Shown here: in pieces, positions 16,789 through 22,701 of the stretch | How the letters are laid out: every line of letters begins with the position of its first letter | Position numbering within the stretch: the first letter of the stretch is position 1 | Source: Marine Group II euryarchaeote MED-G33 | Lineage (GTDB): Archaea; Thermoplasmatota; Poseidoniia; Poseidoniales; Thalassarchaeaceae | Direction of reading: 5' to 3' | Length of the DNA: 24,000 bases | NCBI GenBank assembly: GCA_002457195.1 | Contig: NTJU01000010.1 | Span: forward strand, 3,890-27,889 | The notes under the pieces: model-generated | What the model was told of the DNA's origin: nothing | Database searches by the model: none | What the model saw: the letters and a program-made list of their open reading frames with translations, nothing else | Program-made: the position numbers and the translations under genes

Positions 16789-18162
16789 GTGATTGATGCG
16801 GCCGAATGCCTGCAATCGGTAAGGAGGTGGGCTACTTTGCAACAATTTTTCGATGAATTATCAGGTGTTCAAGATTGGGCTAACAACCTCCCAATTTATG
16901 GGAAAATCGCAATCTGTATAGGCCTCAGTCTAGCACTTTTCGGTTTTATGAAATTCGTTCTTCTCAAGAAGTTTGGAGAATTTGTCAACCAAACCAAGGT
17001 CGGTTGGGACAACGACTTGTTCCATCCACTTTCTTCACGCACCCTTGCATTCTGTGCAGTGTTGTGTATCAATGGTTCATTTGCTTGGCTTTCTCCAACT
17101 GCCATGGAAGCGATTTACCATTTTTTGAACGCGACATACATCCTCATCTTCACCAGTATGATTAGCAGCTCAATCCGAGTCATTACCCCGCCTTTCATGA
17201 CATGGATCAACACCAATAGTCAGGGTGTCGCAGTCACTGGCCGCAACCATTTTGTCAGTGGATTTTCCAGAATTCTAGTTTGGGCATTTGGTCTGTATTT
17301 GGTTTTGGATGAATTGCAATTGGAATTGATGGGACTACTCGCCTCGATGGCCGTATTCTCATTGATTGCCGGTTTGGCCTTGCAACAGACATTGGGTAAC
17401 ATTCTGAACTCGTTCTTGCTCGCAATGGACCGTCCATTCGATGTTGGAGACCGCATCCAGGTAGACGACATTGAAGGAAAGGTAGTTTCCACGGGCATTC
17501 TCTCCACCAAGGTTTTGACATGGTCCGAAGAACTGGTGATTATCCCCAACAACACGTTGGTCTCCAGCACGATTCTGAACAAAGCAAGAGGGGGCGGAGA
17601 TGGAGTCCCAAAGCGCATCAATTTGCTCATCGATGTCTCCGTTGCTTATGATGAAGATCCGCCCCACGTCAAACATGTTTTGAACCAAGTTGCGCAAAGT
17701 TGCCCATACACACTAGATACGCCGAAATCGCGAGCATTGATTATCGGCTTGGGCGATTATTCCATCGACTTCCGCTTGTACACATGGATTTCGGATTATT
17801 CAGATGAATGGCCAGCCCGTGATTGGATCATGCAGAAAATGACAGACCGATTTAGAGATGAAGGCATCATCATCCCATACCCGGTGAATATCGAACTCAA
17901 GTCGCAACCAGCTGGCACCTATGGGAAAGGCGGAAGCTATGAATTGAAGACTCGAAGAAAATCAGCCAGACAGCAAACTGCTCGCCTGCAAATGGCTCGA
18001 GCCGATGAGGTTCATCGAGAAGAAAGAGAGACAATTAAGTCTGAAATTGAGTGGCTGGAAAGCCAAATCTCCGATACCTCATTGGGCGCTCGAGAGAAGG
18101 ATAAGATTCGGGCTGAAATTACAGCACTCGCCTCTTCGTTAGACATGTTTGATGGGGATTGA
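16789..18162 (+). CDS. MscS-family small-conductance mechanosensitive channel with a C-terminal coiled-coil extension
   Basis: The pore helix and beta-domain signature is LASMAVFSLIAGLALQQTLGNILNSFLLAMDRPFDVGDRIQVDDIEGKVVSTGILSTKVLTWSEELVIIPNNTLVSSTILN. The start is uncertain: either GTG 16789, or in-frame TTG 16837, which lies 9 nt after a strong AGGAGG (16822-16827) and downstream of a TATAAT-like box at 16764-16769. Confidence 0.9.
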   Translation: MIDAAECLQSVRRWATLQQFFDELSGVQDWANNLPIYGKIAICIGLSLALFGFMKFVLLKKFGEFVNQTKVGWDNDLFHPLSSRTLAFCAVLCINGSFAWLSPTAMEAIYHFLNATYILIFTSMISSSIRVITPPFMTWINTNSQGVAVTGRNHFVSGFSRILVWAFGLYLVLDELQLELMGLLASMAVFSLIAGLALQQTLGNILNSFLLAMDRPFDVGDRIQVDDIEGKVVSTGILSTKVLTWSEELVIIPNNTLVSSTILNKARGGGDGVPKRINLLIDVSVAYDEDPPHVKHVLNQVAQSCPYTLDTPKSRALIIGLGDYSIDFRLYTWISDYSDEWPARDWIMQKMTDRFRDEGIIIPYPVNIELKSQPAGTYGKGGSYELKTRRKSARQQTARLQMARADEVHREERETIKSEIEWLESQISDTSLGAREKDKIRAEITALASSLDMFDGD

Positions 18163-18167
18163 GGTTC

Positions 18168-18191
18168 CACCGCCGTAGGCGGTGTTCTTTT
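18168..18191 (+). terminator. GC hairpin plus T-rich tract after the MscS gene
   Basis: CACCGCC-GTA-GGCGGTG is a perfect 7-bp stem (18168-18184) beginning 6 nt after the stop. TTCTTTT follows directly. Confidence 0.45.
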
Positions 18192-18194
18192 AAT
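18188..18194 (+). promoter_or_regulatory. TATA-box candidate for the giant RCC1-repeat gene (would give a leaderless mRNA)
   Basis: TTTTAAT is centred about 25 nt upstream of ATG 18216. No SD-like motif precedes that ATG, unlike most genes in the window. Confidence 0.3.
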
Positions 18195-18215
18195 CGCCAC
18201 ATCTTCCGCGAAAGC

Positions 18216-21200
18216 ATGACAACCACTAGGGTTTGCCAATCATTGACATTGACAGGTTTGCTGATACTTGTTTCCTGCCTTGCGATTTTCAGCGGACAGA
18301 TTTCTGAGAACGAACAATTGGATATCGAGAAAATCAGCGAATCTAGCTCAGCAAATTCTCCAGGTTTCCAATCCGGATCAATCTTCACTCATGATTCATT
18401 GGCAGCCGGTTCTGAGCACACATGCGCCATTCTCGATGATGGTAACATGTCCTGTTGGGGCGCCAATTCGTTCGGGCAACTGGGCACCGGCTCTACAACA
18501 GCATCTTCCAGCCCCGTTGATGTTTCCTTCGTGAATCCAGGAGGTGTTACAACCCTCTACCCCGTCAGCGTTTCGTCAAGTCAATACCACACTTGTGCAG
18601 TATTGAATGATGGTTCAATACAGTGTTGGGGTGACAATGCATACGGCCAATTGGGCGATGGGACAAACACTTCCCAATCATCACCAACCGGTGTTGATCT
18701 TGGAGAAAACAACAGTGCCGTTATGATTGGAGTGGGGAAGACTCACACCTGTGCAGTCCTTCAAGACGCAAGCGTTTCTTGCTGGGGCTACAACATCCAT
18801 GGCCAGATCGGAGATGGAACAAACACACAGCGAAATGCTCCTACAAGTGTCGATTTGGGGCAAGACCGCAGTGCGGTTGCAATTTCCTTGGGTGAATCAC
18901 ATACCTGTGCACTTCTCGATGACCAGTCTCTGAAATGCTGGGGGCACAATAACGAAGGCCAACTCGGAGATGAAACCACCACTAACGCAAATTCACCAGT
19001 CACAGTCAGTCTAGGTGGCGATATACCCGTTGCAGTGACTACAGGTGAACAACATACTTGTGCGGTGCTCTCCGATGAAACAGTCTCGTGTTGGGGTTGG
19101 AATGATCGCGGGCAGTTGGGGGACGGTACACTCACCAGCCAATCTTCGCCGACGTCGATTACGATTGACACAGGAGTCACAACCCTCACGACCGGAGATC
19201 GCCACACATGTGCCATTTTGGACAATGGAACTGCTATGTGCTGGGGCAACAATATCTTCGGACAATTGGGCAATGGAGCCAATTCCAATTCACAAATTCC
19301 AGAACATGTCGATTCACTTTCCAATGTTGTTGGAATGGTGGCAGGAGACCACCATACCTGCGCGGTCATCAACGATGGCTCTGTGCACTGCTGGGGTGGA
19401 AATAACGAAGGCCAACACGGGGATGGAACCACTTCTAGCACAAATTCACCAGGCTCTGCAATTGGTTCCCTGACCTTGGCATTGGATGATCGAGATCGTG
19501 ACAATGATGGCACGCTCGATATTTACGACACACACATCGCCAACGATGGGGATGGAGACGGCATCCCTACACCGGATGATCAGTTCCCAGATAACCCGGC
19601 TCGTTCAGAGTCATGTAATGCTGGATTCTACGGTCGATATTCGTGCCAAGAAGCCGATGCAGGGTATTACGCTCCAGTTGGAGCCATTATCCAACTTCGA
19701 TGCGATGCCGGTACCTATCAGCCAGACACAGGTCAAGCAAGTTGCATTGACTCTGATGCCGGTCACTACGTTCCAGAAGAAGGTGCAACCAGTCAAGAAT
19801 CTTGCACAATCGGGCAATATCAGGACAATACCGGCCAATCGTCTTGTGATGATGCCGCACCAGGACATTTCGTAGATACAGAAAATGCCACCTCACAAAT
19901 TGAATGTGGAATTGGAACCTACCAACCGAATTCTGCACAATCGTCCTGTATTGACGCATCTCCAGGGTATTATGTCGATAGTAACGCTTCAGCCAGCCAA
20001 ACAGCTTGTCTGGCAGGTTCATACAATCCAGGCACTGCATCGAACAATAATTCTGCGTGTCTGCTCGCAGATCTTGGGCATTATGTGAGCCAACCAGGCC
20101 GATCCTCTCAGACCACCGCCTCCCCAGGATATTATGTCGATACAACAGGGGCGACCACTCAGACACCTTGCCTGGCTGGAACATACAACCCGGACACTGG
20201 TTCAAACAGTAGTTCAGCCTGCATGGATGCTGATTTAGGGCACTATGTATCTCAGCCAGGCCGTTCATCACAGACACCAGCCTCGCCGGGATACTACGTC
20301 GACACAACGGCGGCGACCACCCAGACCCCCTGCTTGGCAGGAACCTACAATCCCAACTCTACATCTACAGATTCATCTGCTTGCATGGATGCAGATTTAG
20401 GATACTATGTGTCTCAGCCAGGCCGCTCATCACAAACTCCTGCCTCACCAGGATACTATGTTGACACAACGGCAGCGACCACACAACTTGCCTGCTCTCC
20501 AGGTACATACAATCCGGCAAGCGCCTCTACCACCGCATCTGCTTGTTTGGATGCAGATCCTGGTTACTACGTGAGCCAATCTGGACGTTCGTCCCAAACA
20601 CCCGCCTCTCCTGGTTACTACGTAGATACTGCAGCGGCCACCTCACAGACCCCCTGCTTGGTAGGGACTTACAATCCAGTATCTGCATCTGACGATGCAT
20701 CTGCCTGTCTAGATGCAGATCTAGGTTACTACGTGAGCCAATCAGGGCGTTCATCACAGACACCCGCCTCACCAGGATACTATGTTGATTCGACAGGTGC
20801 AACAGGCCAATCACCCTGTTTGGTTGGAACCTACAATCCAACCAGTGCAGCCACCTCATCAGCCGCTTGTTTGTCTGCTGACGCCGGATACAAAGCACCC
20901 AATATCGGCATGGGCCAGCAGATTGCATGTTCCCCAGGAACATACCAACCTGATACGGGACAAACAGATTGCTTGGATACCGACCCAGGGCACTATGCGA
21001 GCGGCTCAGGGAACTCCGATCAGACACCCTGCCAGGAAGGCACATACATCAATTCCACACAAACTACTGCTTGCACACCAGCACCACAGAATACCTATGC
21101 AAATGGAACGGGGAATACCGACCCTTCACCTTGTCCACTTGGTACAGCCACCATTGGTCAAAGCACCACATCTTCTGATGGTTGCCTAACCGATTCAGAT

Positions 21201-22697
21201 GAAGATGGTACGCCGAACGAAACCGACAACGATGACGATAACGATGGCGTGAATGACGCCAACGATGCCTTCCCCACCAACCCGTCAGAAACTGTCGACA
21301 CCGACGGTGATGGTTCGGGCGACAACGCCGATTTAGATGATGACGGTGATGGCTGGGAAGACACCTCAGACGCCTTCCCCCTCGATGATAGTGAATGGCT
21401 CGACACAGACGCTGACAACATTGGTAACAATGTAGACACCGATGATGATGGTGACGGTTGGAGTGATGCTGATGAGGCCACTTGTGGAAGCGACTCCTTG
21501 GATGAATCAAATCAACCACTAGACACCGACTCCGACTCAACATGCGATGTCGTTGATGATGATGATGATGGCGACACAATCCCAGACTCAAGCGATATAT
21601 GCCCGGGTCACGATGATACATTGGACTGGGATGATGACGGTATCCCTGATGGTTGTGAAAATGATTTGGATATTGATTGGGACGGTGTCATGAACACTGA
21701 AGATCAGTGCCCAGAAACACCGCTTATCGAGAAAAATCAAGTTGATGAATATGGTTGCGGCCCCTCAGAGAGTGGTGATGATGATGCCGACGGCGTCCCC
21801 AATGCGTTAGACACCTGCGCAGATACCACATCTGATGAAATCCCTAATTCAGAGGGCTGTGGAGCTTCGCAAAGAGACACAGATGGTGATGGCTGGACAG
21901 ACTCCGATGAACAGAGATGTGGCAACGATTATCTCGATGGCTCCGATGTACCAGATTCCTCCTGTGCTCTAAGTGATAACTCAAACACAGAAAACAATTC
22001 GAGTTCATTCAGTTGTTGGATCATCCTCATTCTGCTTCTGATCCTCCTTCTTGCTGTATTGCTGGTCATATCCTCCCGTCGAGACGAAGAGGGTAACTTC
22101 ACTTTCAATATCACGAAAATTACCACGGTCCTAAGTAAGGAGCCAGAAGATGATGATCCATTCGCGAACCTCGAAGGTGAAGTATCTCCGAAGGAATCGA
22201 GTGTGGATGATTGGGACGACGACTCAACCCCATTCGCCGTGGATACATCGGAAGCTGATGCGAAAATCGCAGCGATGGACGCCAAGATGGCAGAGATGGA
22301 TGCCAAGATGGCAGAGATGACTGAAAAGGAAGCACAACTCGCTCGAATCGCATCCAAGGCAGAGGCGATCGACTTCGCCACAATTGGAACCGCTTCCGTT
22401 GATGACAAGAACGACTTGCGAAAAATCAAGGGGATTGGACCTTTCATCGAAGAGAAGCTGAATGCCCTTGGGATCTTCAAATTCTCTCAATTGGCGAATA
22501 TGACGCCAGAAATTGAAGAACAAGTCAACGAAGCCATCGAATTCTTCCCAGGAAGAATCAAGCGAGACAAGTGGGCCAATCAGGCGACTGAATTGGATTC
22601 TGAAGAGGCTGAAGATGAATTGCCCGACATGTCAGAATTGGTTTCCGACAATGATAAGGGTGAAGACGAAACATTCGAAGATGTGGATTGGGAGTGA
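18216..22697 (+). CDS. giant single-pass mosaic surface protein: signal peptide, 7-blade RCC1-like propeller, Cys/Tyr (ephrin-receptor-like) repeats, Asp-rich calcium-binding-type repeats, TM helix, cytoplasmic tail with a helix-hairpin-helix-like module
   Basis: ATG 18216 gives MTTTRVCQSLTLTGLLILVSCLAIFSG, a signal peptide with a lipobox-like LVSC. The protein has seven HTCA-x-L-x-D-x-S/T-x-x-CWG-x-N-x-x-GQLGDG repeats. It has C-x2-G-x-Y...C...G-x-Y-V...SQ repeats and D-x-D-x-D-G repeats. The TM helix is FSCWIILILLLILLLAVLLVISSRR (about 22008-22080). An acidic tail of about 205 aa follows. The track's TTG 18159 start overlaps the MscS stop and the hairpin. Confidence 0.85.
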   Translation: MTTTRVCQSLTLTGLLILVSCLAIFSGQISENEQLDIEKISESSSANSPGFQSGSIFTHDSLAAGSEHTCAILDDGNMSCWGANSFGQLGTGSTTASSSPVDVSFVNPGGVTTLYPVSVSSSQYHTCAVLNDGSIQCWGDNAYGQLGDGTNTSQSSPTGVDLGENNSAVMIGVGKTHTCAVLQDASVSCWGYNIHGQIGDGTNTQRNAPTSVDLGQDRSAVAISLGESHTCALLDDQSLKCWGHNNEGQLGDETTTNANSPVTVSLGGDIPVAVTTGEQHTCAVLSDETVSCWGWNDRGQLGDGTLTSQSSPTSITIDTGVTTLTTGDRHTCAILDNGTAMCWGNNIFGQLGNGANSNSQIPEHVDSLSNVVGMVAGDHHTCAVINDGSVHCWGGNNEGQHGDGTTSSTNSPGSAIGSLTLALDDRDRDNDGTLDIYDTHIANDGDGDGIPTPDDQFPDNPARSESCNAGFYGRYSCQEADAGYYAPVGAIIQLRCDAGTYQPDTGQASCIDSDAGHYVPEEGATSQESCTIGQYQDNTGQSSCDDAAPGHFVDTENATSQIECGIGTYQPNSAQSSCIDASPGYYVDSNASASQTACLAGSYNPGTASNNNSACLLADLGHYVSQPGRSSQTTASPGYYVDTTGATTQTPCLAGTYNPDTGSNSSSACMDADLGHYVSQPGRSSQTPASPGYYVDTTAATTQTPCLAGTYNPNSTSTDSSACMDADLGYYVSQPGRSSQTPASPGYYVDTTAATTQLACSPGTYNPASASTTASACLDADPGYYVSQSGRSSQTPASPGYYVDTAAATSQTPCLVGTYNPVSASDDASACLDADLGYYVSQSGRSSQTPASPGYYVDSTGATGQSPCLVGTYNPTSAATSSAACLSADAGYKAPNIGMGQQIACSPGTYQPDTGQTDCLDTDPGHYASGSGNSDQTPCQEGTYINSTQTTACTPAPQNTYANGTGNTDPSPCPLGTATIGQSTTSSDGCLTDSDEDGTPNETDNDDDNDGVNDANDAFPTNPSETVDTDGDGSGDNADLDDDGDGWEDTSDAFPLDDSEWLDTDADNIGNNVDTDDDGDGWSDADEATCGSDSLDESNQPLDTDSDSTCDVVDDDDDGDTIPDSSDICPGHDDTLDWDDDGIPDGCENDLDIDWDGVMNTEDQCPETPLIEKNQVDEYGCGPSESGDDDADGVPNALDTCADTTSDEIPNSEGCGASQRDTDGDGWTDSDEQRCGNDYLDGSDVPDSSCALSDNSNTENNSSSFSCWIILILLLILLLAVLLVISSRRDEEGNFTFNITKITTVLSKEPEDDDPFANLEGEVSPKESSVDDWDDDSTPFAVDTSEADAKIAAMDAKMAEMDAKMAEMTEKEAQLARIASKAEAIDFATIGTASVDDKNDLRKIKGIGPFIEEKLNALGIFKFSQLANMTPEIEEQVNEAIEFFPGRIKRDKWANQATELDSEEAEDELPDMSELVSDNDKGEDETFEDVDWE
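18370..19470 (+). repeat. seven tandem RCC1-type beta-propeller blades (about 50 aa each, protein-level repeat)
   Basis: The blades are marked by EHTCAILDDGNMSCWGANSFGQLGTG, YHTCAVLNDGSIQCWGDNAYGQLGDG, THTCAVLQDASVSCWGYNIHGQIGDG, SHTCALLDDQSLKCWGHNNEGQLGDE, QHTCAVLSDETVSCWGWNDRGQLGDG, RHTCAILDNGTAMCWGNNIFGQLGNG and HHTCAVINDGSVHCWGGNNEGQHGDG. Confidence 0.85.
20007..20816 (+). repeat. five in-frame tandem repeats of 162 nt (54 aa), highly similar at DNA level
   Basis: The unit-initial Cys codons fall at 20007, 20169, 20331, 20493 and 20655, with the next at 20817, an exact 162-nt period. The unit consensus is CLAGTYNP-x5-SSACMDADLGYYVSQPGRSSQTPASPGYYVDTTAATTQTP. Related but more diverged 34-aa units flank it (about 19612-20006 and 20817-21180). 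Confidence 0.85.
21192..21966 (+). other. Asp-rich thrombospondin-type-3-like / calcium-binding repeat region
   Basis: D-x-D-x-D-G-x-x-D recurs (DSDEDGTPNETD, DTDGDGSGDNADLDDDGDGWEDTSDAFPLD, DTDDDGDGWSDADE, DDDDDGDTIPDSSDICP, DWDDDGIPDGCEND, GDDDADGVPNALDTC, DTDGDGWTDSDE) with interspersed Cys. A shorter patch of the same kind lies at about 19483-19610. Confidence 0.6.
22401..22595 (+). other. cytoplasmic helix-hairpin-helix-like module at the C-terminus of the giant protein
   Basis: DDKNDLRKIKGIGPFIEEKLNALGIFKFSQLANMTPEIEEQVNEAIEFFPGRIKRDKWANQATEL matches, from memory, the conserved D-D-L-x-x-I-x-G-I-G-P-x-x-E-x-x-L-N-x-x-G-I-x-x-F-x-Q-I-A ... F-x-G-R-I-x-R-D-x-W-x-x-Q-A module. That module is found as a C-terminal extension on some bacterial NuoE and ribosomal protein L21 sequences. 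Confidence 0.55.
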
Positions 22698-22701
22698 TAT
22701 T

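Noticed and set aside
18788-19513. 241-aa ORF on the minus strand
   Set aside because: It is antisense to the RCC1 repeat region. Its periodic sequence simply mirrors the repeats on the coding strand.
20007-20816. Regular 162-nt periodic repeats as a possible CRISPR array or satellite
   Set aside because: There are no unique spacers between short repeats. The whole unit repeats, the period is a multiple of three, and the reading frame is maintained within a long CDS. It is a coding tandem repeat.
19687-21045. 206-aa and 172-aa minus-strand ORFs across the Cys/Tyr repeat region
   Set aside because: They are shadow frames of the tandem repeats. Their own periodicity derives from the + strand units.
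21064-21621. 185-aa His/Arg-rich ORF on the minus strand (with a parallel 107-aa Ser-rich ORF)
   Set aside because: It is an artefact of reading GAT/GAC-rich Asp-repeat DNA in reverse (ATC/GTC gives H/R/S-rich frames). The + strand frame is continuous with a 1490-aa protein.
22275-22316. 21-nt tandem duplication ATGGA(C/T)GCCAAGATGGCAGAG x2
   Set aside because: It is real but trivial. It encodes (MDAKMAE)x2 within a heptad-like cytoplasmic linker of the giant protein and is noted under that protein rather than as a separate element.
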